IMG/VR virus record: IMGVR_UViG_3300035670_000017
Location: 64,850-128,849 of that record
DNA: 64,000 bases
DNA from: a virus
Lineage: Duplodnaviria; Heunggongvirae; Uroviricota; Caudoviricetes
Strand: one strand, 5' to 3'
In this document: one piece after another, positions 1 to 9,203 of the stretch
Layout of the letters: the number at the start of each line of letters is the position of its first letter
Numbering within the stretch: the first letter of the stretch is position 1
The notes under the pieces: generated by a model
What the model was told of the DNA's origin: nothing
Seen by the model: the letters and a program-made list of their open reading frames with translations, nothing else
The model's database searches: none
Made by a program: the position numbers and the translations under genes

Positions 1-444
1 GTTCCCAGATACTCCTTAAGAAAGACCATCCATATGCAACTCTTTGACGATTGGCAAACCGACGTAACCTATAGCTTTGACTCGACTGTCCCAGCTATCT
101 TACCTACCCGGTACACGCAAGTTAAACTGGAAGGCGTCACTACCTTTGAGATCGCTAAGATCATCGAAGGACCAAACGCTTACTCCATGTGGCGCCGCAT
201 CTATCCTTCGCTGACTGATGTCACTGACGATCCTGCAGCTGTCAAATGGCTGTTGTTCCGTGCAAGTAACGGAGAGCGTATCACTTTGGCAAATCCTTGG
301 ATCTTGTCGTCCAGTGTGACTCCAGTGAACTTCATCCAGCAGCGCATCATCTTGACCCAGACCAGCGATGCTCAGGTCGCCAAGGTGACTGCCTTCTTAG
401 ATGCTATTCAGGCTAAATACACATCTGAACGAATCGTGACATAA
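1..444 (+). CDS. hypothetical protein, probably 5'-truncated at the window edge (frame open from nt 1; first ATG at 34)
   Basis: Open frame from position 1 to TAA at 442-444; no stop upstream of the first ATG. Confidence 0.4.
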   Translation, partial: VPRYSLRKTIHMQLFDDWQTDVTYSFDSTVPAILPTRYTQVKLEGVTTFEIAKIIEGPNAYSMWRRIYPSLTDVTDDPAAVKWLLFRASNGERITLANPWILSSSVTPVNFIQQRIILTQTSDAQVAKVTAFLDAIQAKYTSERIVT

Positions 445-450
445 TACCAG

Positions 451-478
451 CACTACCTGAGCAAAAGCTCAGGTAGTG
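451..478 (+). other. perfect stem-loop (cactacctgagc/gctcaggtagtg) between genes, no T-run
   Basis: 12-bp inverted repeat with AAAA loop directly before the RBS of the next ORF. Could be an RNA processing or translational control hairpin. Confidence 0.3.
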
Positions 479-491
479 CGTGAGGACTAAT

Positions 492-998
492 ATGAAAAGA
501 GAATTATTGAAAGCTATGAGAAGATCCGGCATTAAGACCGATCAAATTCAGATCCATCCTCGCTTCTCTATTAAGAATGGGTATCATCCTAAGTACTTGG
601 ATAATCTCTTAAGTAATGAGGATTGCCTTAGTATCGGTTTGACCTGGGCCAGTGAAAAAGGGTATCAGTATGGTTTTGCTGTCATTGAAACCACTCAGTC
701 TAATGCATATCAAAACGACGTAAGCGTAGTTACCCTATGTTTCTATAAAAGAGAATATCTATTTTTCAATAATGGAGGTCCTCCTCTCGAAGTTGGAATC
801 AGGGGAGAGACACTATACTTCGACAGCGGAGGCTGGGGTATAGAAAGAGACTCTATGGGTAAAGAACCTATTCATGTTTATAGCGGAATCCCCAAAAGAG
901 TACCCAAAGAGTTATTTACAGAAACTACTGCAATTAGAACTGCATTAGGTAGAGTGCGTAAAACTAGAACATTCGTCCTAGATAGCTTATTGACATGA
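492..998 (+). CDS. hypothetical protein (168 aa from ATG 492; the track's GTG start at 480 is less likely)
   Basis: ORF with GAGGA-like RBS before ATG 492. Stop overlaps the next start (ATGA). Confidence 0.45.
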   Translation: MKRELLKAMRRSGIKTDQIQIHPRFSIKNGYHPKYLDNLLSNEDCLSIGLTWASEKGYQYGFAVIETTQSNAYQNDVSVVTLCFYKREYLFFNNGGPPLEVGIRGETLYFDSGGWGIERDSMGKEPIHVYSGIPKRVPKELFTETTAIRTALGRVRKTRTFVLDSLLT

Positions 999-1384
999 AT
1001 GACAAACTAATCAAACTCAACAAAAGAATCCTGATCACACAAGGACACCATAAGAACCCTATTGAGTTCTATCAGGAAAAGGACGCCGGACAAGACTTTG
1101 TCCATGTCCAGGCTGTCTTAGCTACAGATAGCGAGTATCCCGTCTTAGTGGATCTGACACAAGACCTGCATTACACCTACTGTGACCAAAAGCTCCATCT
1201 GTATATCGATGGGTTTGATTTGAAGAAGACGTTCAGTCTATCCTTGGATCACTACCGTGTTGGATATATCTCCAAGGAACTCAAAGAGAAAATTATCAAA
1301 GAGAAGTATGATGGTCTGGCGTATCGTCGGATAGAATACGCACCGACTGGGATATTCAAACAAAACAAAAAGGACGATGACTAA
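995..1384 (+). CDS. hypothetical protein (129 aa)
   Basis: ORF translationally coupled to both neighbours (ATGA / TAATG overlaps). Confidence 0.45.
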   Translation: MNDKLIKLNKRILITQGHHKNPIEFYQEKDAGQDFVHVQAVLATDSEYPVLVDLTQDLHYTYCDQKLHLYIDGFDLKKTFSLSLDHYRVGYISKELKEKIIKEKYDGLAYRRIEYAPTGIFKQNKKDDD

Positions 1385-1944
1385 TGGCTAGAAAAACATC
1401 ACTGTACTCTCTCCAAGACAGAGTGATCATGGTAACCAAGGGAGACATTCCTTGGTGGCAATTCGGAATGGATAAGATAAAAACTGATTGCCTTCCTAAT
1501 AAAAACCGCTATCTTGGGTTTTTTGAACCTAAACTAATTTGGTGGAATGACACAATGCCTAACTTATTGGCTAGGTTTTTGTCATGTTTACCACAGGCAG
1601 CGACTGTTCCTATGGATACTCAGCGGTACACAGCAGTGATCGAAACCGATCCATCGACTTTTCGTATCCAGAGGGTTACACTGAACGCTATTGAACCCGA
1701 GACCGTAGTGACTCTTGGAGGAGTCGAATTCCTTGAGTCTGTGGTATGTCGGGCTGATTTCAGAAAAATCCCTAAAGACACACATGAACAAGTCCTGACC
1801 TATCGCAGTAATTGCTGGACCACAGATGCCAGTATCAGAAGTGTGTCACTTCAAGGGCCTGGCGCACCTACGAATGTCCAGTACATTTTCGATATCACTA
1901 AAGAGTGTCTTGATGTGATTCGTAAATATAACCTAAGCTCTTGA
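1384..1944 (+). CDS. hypothetical protein (186 aa)
   Basis: ORF with start overlapping the upstream stop. Confidence 0.45.
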   Translation: MARKTSLYSLQDRVIMVTKGDIPWWQFGMDKIKTDCLPNKNRYLGFFEPKLIWWNDTMPNLLARFLSCLPQAATVPMDTQRYTAVIETDPSTFRIQRVTLNAIEPETVVTLGGVEFLESVVCRADFRKIPKDTHEQVLTYRSNCWTTDASIRSVSLQGPGAPTNVQYIFDITKECLDVIRKYNLSS

Positions 1945-1981
1945 GTGTAAACTCTTTGAGCTACAAACAAAAGGAAAACAA

Positions 1982-2440
1982 ATGGAACTCAAAGAGATTC
2001 TACAACTCAAGCCTGCTAAGTATGAAGTTAAAAATGGAGTACCCATGTTGGAGAAGAATCTTCATCTTGGCTCCACTTTACAGGACATGATGTCAATTGG
2101 TCTGGGCGTAGCTGAGTACCATAAATGCCCATTAAACATCATCACTGTTTCAAAAGTTCATGGGCGATCTATTTTCCTATCAGTGGAGATGTTCGCTAAT
2201 CAAATAAATCGAAGGCATGAGCGCTGCAAAGCTTTCATGTTTTCCATTGAGGCTACCAATGGCTTAGAAGATGTTTACCTAGAGCCATGGTTAGTCGGTG
2301 TGAGTGAGATTCCGGAATTCATACACAGCATCGAAAAACTAAACAATGAGATCGATGTCCACTTTGATGACGGATATACTGAGCTGTGTACCAGTAACGA
2401 TATTCAAGTAACCTATGTACTGAAGAAAGCATGCAGCTAA
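1982..2440 (+). CDS. hypothetical protein (152 aa), paralog of the next gene
   Basis: AAGGAAAACAA RBS. Shares PMLEKNLHLGSTLQDMMSIGLGVAEYH with PVMEKNLNLQSSLNDFLGTGLGIAKHF in 2431..2892. Confidence 0.5.
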   Translation: MELKEILQLKPAKYEVKNGVPMLEKNLHLGSTLQDMMSIGLGVAEYHKCPLNIITVSKVHGRSIFLSVEMFANQINRRHERCKAFMFSIEATNGLEDVYLEPWLVGVSEIPEFIHSIEKLNNEIDVHFDDGYTELCTSNDIQVTYVLKKACS

Positions 2441-2892
2441 AAGACATCTACAAAATACCTCCGTATCGATTTCATTTCGATAAGAATCGAAAACCTGTAA
2501 TGGAGAAGAACCTAAATCTTCAATCGTCGCTGAATGATTTTCTGGGCACTGGGTTAGGCATAGCGAAACATTTCTCTCATTTGACATCGATCATTGATTT
2601 GGTCTACATGCCTGGCGACTACCATAAACTGACTGTGTTATCTTACCGTCTTCTCAAAGGCTGTAACCATACAGGTTCTGGGCAAGAAAGTAGCTTGATA
2701 ATCGAAAAGACGCGCTACGGAGAAACACTTAAATGGATCAACTGTCGTTTCAGGTCGAGTTATATTCCATACCCAGAAGACTTTGTTGTTCCCCTTGAAC
2801 GAAGTGATGTTCCATTGACGAGGTATTCCGCAAAAAGTGCTCCGTCCACTAATGACCTAGCAATTTGCCTGACTATCAATGGTGAAATATAA
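2431..2892 (+). CDS. hypothetical protein (153 aa), tandem paralog of 1982..2440
   Basis: Sequence similarity to the upstream ORF over the first ~60 aa. Start overlaps the upstream stop. Confidence 0.5.
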   Translation: MQLKDIYKIPPYRFHFDKNRKPVMEKNLNLQSSLNDFLGTGLGIAKHFSHLTSIIDLVYMPGDYHKLTVLSYRLLKGCNHTGSGQESSLIIEKTRYGETLKWINCRFRSSYIPYPEDFVVPLERSDVPLTRYSAKSAPSTNDLAICLTINGEI

Positions 2893-3032
2893 TTTTCACA
2901 TATATAATGGAGAAACAATCGCATTTCGCAATTAGGAGGCTACAACGTCGTGGATCGCCTCATGATGAAATGGTTGTTTTCTGTGGTCTTAAGCCGGACT
3001 GCAGAGGGACTCTGAAGGTGAAGGGAAGGGAT

Positions 3033-3075
3033 ATACCCAGGAGCCTTCGGGCTCCTGGGTATATTTTGTTTGGCC
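3033..3075 (+). terminator. intrinsic terminator-like hairpin (tatacccaggagcc ttcg ggctcctgggtata) plus T-rich tail
   Basis: 14-bp perfect stem, 4-nt loop, followed by ttttgtttgg. Confidence 0.55.
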
Positions 3076-3099
3076 AATTTTTAAAACACAAGAAGAAGT

Positions 3100-3516
3100 A
3101 TGCAAGTAAGTTACACAACACAAGACCTGAAGCAGTTTCAAAATACGAAAAAGGACTACGATCTTATTGAGATCACCAGCGGCAATACCACTTCGTTTAG
3201 TGATGACACTGAATGGAAGTCCCATTTGTCTATCGGGATCGGTAACCGCAATCTCATCGAAGCACTGAAGACCATCAGTCGCTCGTTCAATACCAATAGC
3301 CATAAGCTGTCGAATGTTCTGGTCGCACAGAGTATCGGCCTTTCCGATTATGCAATCGGAGTGGCTCACGGTATCGCACAAGGTATGGAGCAGGATATCG
3401 TTTACAAGATGCAGGATGGAAAACAGCTACCCTCTTTGATTCCTGCGACTTCCATGGATATCATTCGAATCAAAAACATTATAGCTAACTCTATCCGGAG
3501 TTCAGCTATGTATTAA
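3100..3516 (+). CDS. hypothetical protein (138 aa)
   Basis: ORF downstream of the terminator hairpin. No recognisable motif. Confidence 0.4.
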   Translation: MQVSYTTQDLKQFQNTKKDYDLIEITSGNTTSFSDDTEWKSHLSIGIGNRNLIEALKTISRSFNTNSHKLSNVLVAQSIGLSDYAIGVAHGIAQGMEQDIVYKMQDGKQLPSLIPATSMDIIRIKNIIANSIRSSAMY

Positions 3517-3526
3517 AAGGAAGTAC

Positions 3527-3988
3527 ATGAATATAGAACAAGTGAAGAAATACCGACAAGGTATGTGGCTTGCAAATGACGCCGGACTGAAACGAGTACT
3601 AAGAGATTCTAAAGATAGAATTAGTGGTCTTTCATTTTTAGACTTCGAAAAGAACGTCAACTTTTATACTGAGTTTTCAGATATACTAAGCATACTCTAT
3701 TGTATGCATTTCCTTGTTTTCCGGGATCATTTCCATCCCAAAGCAGTATTGATGAAAGACCACAGGAATAAAATTTTTAAATACTCAATGTATCTTGGCG
3801 TCTCAACTAAAAGTGAACCTTATCCGGAGTATTTTCTCCTTAAATACAACTTGAATGAAAAATATCAGCTCCGAAAAGAAGAAGTGAGTGGAGTTATGAC
3901 ATTTAAACATGGCGATATGTATGATTATAATCACACTGAGGACATTGAGATACTGATCACTGACTTCACCGGAGGAATCCTTCAATGA
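3527..3988 (+). CDS. hypothetical protein (153 aa)
   Basis: AAGGAAGTACATG RBS-start. ORF in the + array. Confidence 0.5.
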   Translation: MNIEQVKKYRQGMWLANDAGLKRVLRDSKDRISGLSFLDFEKNVNFYTEFSDILSILYCMHFLVFRDHFHPKAVLMKDHRNKIFKYSMYLGVSTKSEPYPEYFLLKYNLNEKYQLRKEEVSGVMTFKHGDMYDYNHTEDIEILITDFTGGILQ

Positions 3989-4461
3989 ACTTTTCATCTG
4001 AAAAAGAACGTATCCGGGAAGTGTCTAGTGGATTGACTCTCGATAAAAACGTAATTATTCGCGACATTAAGCAAGAGGTAAGTTTTGGGTATAATAAGAA
4101 CATCTCCATTGATATGAATATCACGGATTTAGTTCGGTTTTTATACACTGTTCGCTGGAGATTAATCTCTCCGACCAATACAGCAAGCATCACTATCCAT
4201 CGAAATTACACACGAAATATTTTCTTCTATGCGCTCGATGTAAATCTCAGTCGCAAGAGACTCGATGTCACTAATAATCTACTGGTTGATTTTTCGCTAG
4301 TGAATAGTCAGCAAGATGCAGATGTGTTGCTAGTGATTCGACAGGATCATTCAGTTGGGCTTCAGATTTATGAAACACCGATGGCTATGGAAGAACTCAA
4401 AGACGGTGAACATACAGAAACCATAACCTTCCCATTGTTCAAAAACGGACATCCTATCTAG
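3985..4461 (+). CDS. hypothetical protein (158 aa)
   Basis: Start overlaps the upstream stop (ATGA). No motif recognised. Confidence 0.45.
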   Translation: MNFSSEKERIREVSSGLTLDKNVIIRDIKQEVSFGYNKNISIDMNITDLVRFLYTVRWRLISPTNTASITIHRNYTRNIFFYALDVNLSRKRLDVTNNLLVDFSLVNSQQDADVLLVIRQDHSVGLQIYETPMAMEELKDGEHTETITFPLFKNGHPI

Positions 4462-4515
4462 ATTTGTTGGTAGGTAACTCTACTCCCTTCTCTTCCCTTT
4501 CTTTAAAGAAACCCA

Positions 4516-6159
4516 ATGACCAAACCCGCTTTCCAAACATACATTGATTTTGTTAACTCCACTGATCTGGAGAACAACCCTCGTCGAGTTATCGTCTTCC
4601 ATCATGGTGACATGGATGGCTACATGGGTGCCGCAGCTGCTTTGCGCGGCTTCCATAGCTTTTGTATCGACGGCAACTATGCCGTATCCAAGGGTCACCA
4701 GAACCTGCTGCAAAACATCATCTTCAAGGAAGTCAATTACGGTCGCATTGATGACGAGGAAATCTTGAACATGATCCATCAGCCCGGTACTGATGTGTTC
4801 ATGGTTGATTTCTCCTTCCTGGAAGATCTGTGCGAGAAGATCTACGCTAAGGCGGACTTCTTCCTGATCCTGGATCATCACATTTCCAGTGAGCGTGTTC
4901 TCAAGGGTAAGCCCTATGCTTACTTTGACCCACAAGCATCTGGTGCCAAGATGGCGTTCGAATACTTCAGCCCCGGTGTGGAAGTTCCCTTGGCTGTTCA
5001 GCTGGTGGATAATCGCGACCTTTGGAAAAAGGACACTGGCTGGGAGGACGAATTCCACGAAGCTCTGTATGCACGATTTGTTCGCGCCAAGGAACAAGGC
5101 GAGAACTACAATCAGGCTTTTGTGTCGGAACTGTTCACTGACTATCTGCAGTATCCAGCTGACCCTCTGGGAATGGTGCACAAAATGATTCGCATAGGCA
5201 CGCCCATGGTTGAACGTCGTGATATCGGTATCCGTTCTATGTGCAGCGACAAGCGTTTGATCGAGACTATCATCGGTGGCCATCCCGCTATCGCAGTGAA
5301 CGCTCCTTTGGACCAATCGGATGCCGGTGAATACTTGTACAACCAAGACAAGTACAAGAACCACATCATCGCTTTGTTCAATGTCTTGAACGACAAGATG
5401 ACCTTCAGTCTGCGTCGTAACGAGAACTTGGATATTGATTTGTCAGCGCTTGCTCAAAAGCACTATGGTGGTGGCGGTCATTCTCCTGCGGCTGGTTTTG
5501 CAGTTCCATTGCAGCGTGGCCTGAATATCATCCAGAACAAGGAGAAGTGGGCGCTTTGCTGGCCAACAGCGGCTGTCAAGCAGGCCATGGGTGCAGCTGA
5601 TCTGGCGCAAGTGGCTCAGGATCTGAGCGTCATCACACCCGAGCTGCATTCGCGTGCTGTCTGTGAGACAAATCTGGACCTACTGCAGATCCTCCCTTAC
5701 ATCGTGATCAAGCACACTGACGGAACCTATTTCACATACAACCGTCCTTCCTCTGGCACTGAGTCTCGCTTGCATGGTAATGACTCGGTTGGCCTGGGTG
5801 GACATGTGGATACAGCTCCTGCTGCTGGTGTCTCGATTGGCCTGCATCTGGGATTGGAAGCTCAGCGTGAACTCATGGAAGAAGTTGGATTCAGTGATGA
5901 ATCTCTCCCCACTCAGATCGAACAAGCGTTCTACAACGGTCAATTTGCTTTGATCAATGTGAACACTCGTCCTGTGGATGCGGTTCATCTGGGAATCGTC
6001 TTCGTGATTGAAGTCACTGACAAAGCACATCTGACCAAGATCGAAGAGTCTGAAGTGATCAATCCTCGTTGGTCTACTTTGGAAGAGCTGCGCAATCTGC
6101 CAAATCCTGAAACATGGACGCGCATTTTCGCACATGAGCTGCTGCAAAATCCGATGTAA
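4516..6159 (+). CDS. DHH/DHHA1 phosphoesterase fused to a C-terminal Nudix hydrolase domain (547 aa)
   Basis: DHH motifs VFHHGDMDG and LILDHHISS. DHHA1 GGGH box HYGGGGHSPAAGFAV. C-terminal Nudix-box-like GLHLGLEAQRELMEEVGF (REuxEExGu). Confidence 0.7.
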   Translation: MTKPAFQTYIDFVNSTDLENNPRRVIVFHHGDMDGYMGAAAALRGFHSFCIDGNYAVSKGHQNLLQNIIFKEVNYGRIDDEEILNMIHQPGTDVFMVDFSFLEDLCEKIYAKADFFLILDHHISSERVLKGKPYAYFDPQASGAKMAFEYFSPGVEVPLAVQLVDNRDLWKKDTGWEDEFHEALYARFVRAKEQGENYNQAFVSELFTDYLQYPADPLGMVHKMIRIGTPMVERRDIGIRSMCSDKRLIETIIGGHPAIAVNAPLDQSDAGEYLYNQDKYKNHIIALFNVLNDKMTFSLRRNENLDIDLSALAQKHYGGGGHSPAAGFAVPLQRGLNIIQNKEKWALCWPTAAVKQAMGAADLAQVAQDLSVITPELHSRAVCETNLDLLQILPYIVIKHTDGTYFTYNRPSSGTESRLHGNDSVGLGGHVDTAPAAGVSIGLHLGLEAQRELMEEVGFSDESLPTQIEQAFYNGQFALINVNTRPVDAVHLGIVFVIEVTDKAHLTKIEESEVINPRWSTLEELRNLPNPETWTRIFAHELLQNPM

Positions 6160-6173
6160 GTAATCCTACTACT

Positions 6174-6218
6174 CACCTCCTGGCTCGATGCCAGGAGGTG
6201 TTGTAGGGTTATTTTTTC
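6174..6218 (+). terminator. intrinsic terminator (cacctcctgg ctcgatg ccaggaggtg + T-run)
   Basis: 10-bp GC-rich stem followed by ttgtagggttattttttcgtg. Confidence 0.7.
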
Positions 6219-6245
6219 GTGCTGTTTGTAAACGATTTCATTCAC

Positions 6246-6263
6246 ATATACTCTACTTGAGGA
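6246..6263 (+). promoter_or_regulatory. copy 1 of the conserved 18-bp motif ATATACTCTACTTGAGGA (putative phage promoter)
   Basis: Member of the 11-copy family yATATACTTyACTTGAGG. Lies 70 bp upstream of ATG 6334, just after a terminator. Confidence 0.55.
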
Positions 6264-6333
6264 TAGATAGCAGTATATCCTTACAAATCAAAATACTTGT
6301 TTAACCCCTGCTAAAATTTAAAAGGAAATTCTT

Positions 6334-6837
6334 ATGAAATTCAATTCCGCAGATCCATCTGTAACATTCAACGAGATGCTGGCAGCTATTCACGATCAGT
6401 TCATTCGTGACAAGTGGAACATCCGTAAGTTGGCTGAGCATACTGGCTACAGCTATGGCGCAGTACGCGCAGCTTTGTTCAATCGTATCGTGCGAAATAC
6501 CGGCGAGGCTTCTACCTCTCGCCGTATGTGCACACTGATTGACATCTGTCGTGCTCTGAAGCTGGCGATCATCGTCAAGAGCTATAAGGAAGAGTTCGAT
6601 ATCACCGACGCTGGTTACGATGAGCTTCCTGTCAAGGCTTACGAAGCCATCATCAAGAACAAGACCAGCTTGAAGAATCTGGAACTTTTGACTGGCTTGG
6701 CTGGTACATCCATCCGTGGTGCGATCAAGGAAAAGGGTGAGATTACCCCGAAGATCGGCATCGTTCAGTACATGCGCTTTTATGACGGTCTGGTCGCTCA
6801 ACTGTATGTTGAGATCCGTGACATCAGCGCTGAGTAA
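6334..6837 (+). CDS. hypothetical protein (167 aa)
   Basis: AAAGGAAATTCTTATG RBS-start. First gene after a promoter motif. Confidence 0.55.
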   Translation: MKFNSADPSVTFNEMLAAIHDQFIRDKWNIRKLAEHTGYSYGAVRAALFNRIVRNTGEASTSRRMCTLIDICRALKLAIIVKSYKEEFDITDAGYDELPVKAYEAIIKNKTSLKNLELLTGLAGTSIRGAIKEKGEITPKIGIVQYMRFYDGLVAQLYVEIRDISAE

Positions 6838-6901
6838 TTAAATAACACCCATACTTATCGAGTGATAGGTATGGGTTTCCAAATTCAATAGAAAGAAACA
6901 T

Positions 6902-7090
6902 ATGTTCATCATTCGCATCATCTGCATCGTGATTCTGGTTATCGGTGGCCTGTCCCTGATGTCCATGGCTAATCAACCCGGCATTGCTTGGGCTCTGCTG
7001 GCTGCCGCTGCTGTCTTGTACGGCTTCTTCCTGCGCTCGACTGAAATGTCGGACAAAGAAGCGCTGGACAAAGCCCTGACTCCCAAATAA
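6902..7090 (+). CDS. small membrane protein (62 aa, 2 predicted TM helices)
   Basis: Hydrophobic stretches IICIVILVIGGLSLMSM and AWALLAAAAVLYGFFL. Confidence 0.4.
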   Translation: MFIIRIICIVILVIGGLSLMSMANQPGIAWALLAAAAVLYGFFLRSTEMSDKEALDKALTPK

Positions 7091-7124
7091 GTTCAACCCT
7101 CTCAAATCAAAAGGAACCTGCATC

Positions 7125-7556
7125 ATGAAAAAGATTCACAAACAAATCATCGCCAAGCAAGCTCGTTGCATCGACAAGGCCCTCAAACGCCACAATTTCA
7201 AGGAACGTCGAAAAATCTACTTCGACCGTATGCAACGGGGTCGTGATCAGGAGTTCCGTGAAATCCTGGGTAATAATCACCTGGTATTCTCCCGAGCCTA
7301 TGATCAGATGCTGGGTAGCTCCGATGGCGACAAGGCAAAGGCACTGCGTTCATTGTTTCGAACAACCCACTTCAACCACTGGCGGAATAACGAGAACGCC
7401 ATGCGTAACAAAACAGGTCGGTCGTCGGCCCTTTGGCACTATGCAGGGGACTACTGTCTCAAATTCCATGTAGCGTCTCAAATGTTCCCGGTCCAGCGCA
7501 CTGAGTACGCCAGGACCAGCGACATCGTCAAGCTCATGGCGAAGAATTTCCGGTAA
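7125..7556 (+). CDS. hypothetical basic protein (143 aa)
   Basis: AAAGGAACCTGCATCATG RBS-start. Lys/Arg-rich. Confidence 0.5.
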   Translation: MKKIHKQIIAKQARCIDKALKRHNFKERRKIYFDRMQRGRDQEFREILGNNHLVFSRAYDQMLGSSDGDKAKALRSLFRTTHFNHWRNNENAMRNKTGRSSALWHYAGDYCLKFHVASQMFPVQRTEYARTSDIVKLMAKNFR

Positions 7557-7589
7557 TCCGTTTGCAGCTACAATAGAGAGAGTATAGAG

Positions 7590-8348
7590 ATGACACAACA
7601 AAAAGACGCCATTGATCTTTGCATTAAAGATCTGACACTGCCTCGAAACCTGGAGCATTTCGAAACCATCATGAAGGAGTTGGAGTTGTATGGCTTTTGG
7701 AAGGCCATCAACGCCGACGCCAAGTATGGAGTGTTACAAGACGTCGCAATGGACCGCGCCCTCAATTTCTACGAGGGTGCGACTATGGGAGGGTTGACCA
7801 TCCATCAAGTTCGCATCGGCTTGGTGACGGTGATCATGACCGCGGTATTGGAGCTGGGTAACGACATCTCCAATACTCCTTATTCTCGCGCTACCTACTC
7901 GATCTTCTGCCCAGTCGGAGGTTTCAAGTTGTTGGATCTTCCACTGGGTTGCTTGGCCATCACTCAGATCGAGATGGCTGAGAAGATGATTAAGATCCTG
8001 AGCCGTGGTGTCAACTCTCGTACCAAGGCCAATCTCAATCGTGTCATGGACCCTGTGGGTAATTACATCTTGGACGCTTTGAAGTTCTGGGTGTTTTCCA
8101 CCAACTCGAATCTGCTGGACATCCTGGCGTTTCGAGGTGATCGATTTGATTATCTGCCTAACCGGGCACGGGACTCATACAACCTGCAGATCCAGTTGGG
8201 TAAAGGTGACATCACCATGTATCCTTCTTTGAACGCAGACTACTGCTTGCAAAATACCCCATGGGGTCGCATGAAGTGGATCAAGTTCAATGGACCAGCT
8301 ACTATCAACCATTTGACAAAGAAAGGCACCAGGTCTTTGGTCTGGTAA
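7590..8348 (+). CDS. hypothetical protein (252 aa)
   Basis: AGAGAGAGTATAGAGATG RBS-start. Confidence 0.5.
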   Translation: MTQQKDAIDLCIKDLTLPRNLEHFETIMKELELYGFWKAINADAKYGVLQDVAMDRALNFYEGATMGGLTIHQVRIGLVTVIMTAVLELGNDISNTPYSRATYSIFCPVGGFKLLDLPLGCLAITQIEMAEKMIKILSRGVNSRTKANLNRVMDPVGNYILDALKFWVFSTNSNLLDILAFRGDRFDYLPNRARDSYNLQIQLGKGDITMYPSLNADYCLQNTPWGRMKWIKFNGPATINHLTKKGTRSLVW

Positions 8349-8352
8349 AAAT

Positions 8353-8643
8353 ATGGACGCCTCTGAAAAATTAGTGACTCAGAACTCCTACCTTACCGTT
8401 AAGGTAAGTGAGGCAGAGTTTCGCCAAGCAATGAATAAGGGTCCAGAGAGCTGTGTAAAGATCAGCGCCCAGGACTTCTATTACAAAGTAACTGATCTTC
8501 AGTACAACTTTGAAATAAAGTTATTGGTCGATGCAGTGTCTGAGAAAGAAGTGTTCATCACTACATTCGCTGACAAGAACATCTCTCCCCGCTTAATCCT
8601 GAATTTGATCGACGGATTGTTCGGTCTGGATAACGCTGTTTAA
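8353..8643 (+). CDS. hypothetical protein (96 aa)
   Basis: ORF closely following the upstream stop. Confidence 0.4.
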   Translation: MDASEKLVTQNSYLTVKVSEAEFRQAMNKGPESCVKISAQDFYYKVTDLQYNFEIKLLVDAVSEKEVFITTFADKNISPRLILNLIDGLFGLDNAV

Positions 8644-8675
8644 GGAAAGGACTGGATTGAATCCAGTAAAGCAAA

Positions 8676-9092
8676 ATGAAAGCTAAAGAATATACAGCTA
8701 AGTACTTCTCTGATGTGACCGCGAATACCACTGTTGGTGAGTTGTCCGCGAAGATCGCAGACTGTTACAACGAATTCTCCAAGGAAATCATTCCTTTGTT
8801 GAAAAGCGTCCAAGCTACTACCAGCCTGGCAGCCAAGCTGGATGAGGTCAATAAGAAATGGCAGGCCGTCTTCAAGCCGCTGCAAAACAGTCTGATGGAC
8901 CAAGTCTCAGAAACAGCTCCAATGACCCCGGAGGGTAAGTTGGATCCAGATGCAGTTATCTCCAAGATCATGCTTCAGGGTACCGGTTTGGTATTTGAGC
9001 GTAACTTGGAGGATAATCATCCTGAGTTATTCGCTCTATTGAAGACCCGGCGCGAGGTGCCACTCTGGCGCAACGCTGGCCAGTGCATGTAA
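8676..9092 (+). CDS. hypothetical protein (138 aa)
   Basis: ORF followed by a strong terminator. Confidence 0.45.
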   Translation: MKAKEYTAKYFSDVTANTTVGELSAKIADCYNEFSKEIIPLLKSVQATTSLAAKLDEVNKKWQAVFKPLQNSLMDQVSETAPMTPEGKLDPDAVISKIMLQGTGLVFERNLEDNHPELFALLKTRREVPLWRNAGQCM

Positions 9093-9102
9093 ACCAAAGT
9101 AA

Positions 9103-9150
9103 GCTAGCATCTCGGTCTCCCGAGATGCTAGCCCTTTGTATGTTTTTTAA
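9103..9150 (+). terminator. intrinsic terminator (gctagcatctcgg tctc ccgagatgctagc + T-run)
   Basis: 13-bp perfect stem followed by cctttgtatgttttttaatt. Confidence 0.75.
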
Positions 9151-9154
9151 TTAC

Positions 9155-9173
9155 TATATACTTCACTTGAGGA
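9155..9173 (+). promoter_or_regulatory. motif copy 2 TATATACTTCACTTGAGGA
   Basis: Conserved motif 31 bp upstream of ATG 9204. Confidence 0.55.
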
Positions 9174-9203
9174 ATAGTTCTCGAATCAACTTAAAGGAAA
9201 CAA

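Noticed and set aside
2907-3170. 87-aa ORF in the spacer before 3100
   Set aside because: It runs straight through a perfect 14-bp terminator hairpin and has Arg-rich, poor coding character. I read it as a non-coding spacer or possible sRNA instead.
4480-6147. Minus-strand ORFs (4480..5364, 5680..6147) inside the DHH-Nudix gene
   Set aside because: These are antisense shadows. The + frame carries the complete DHH, DHHA1 and Nudix motif sets.
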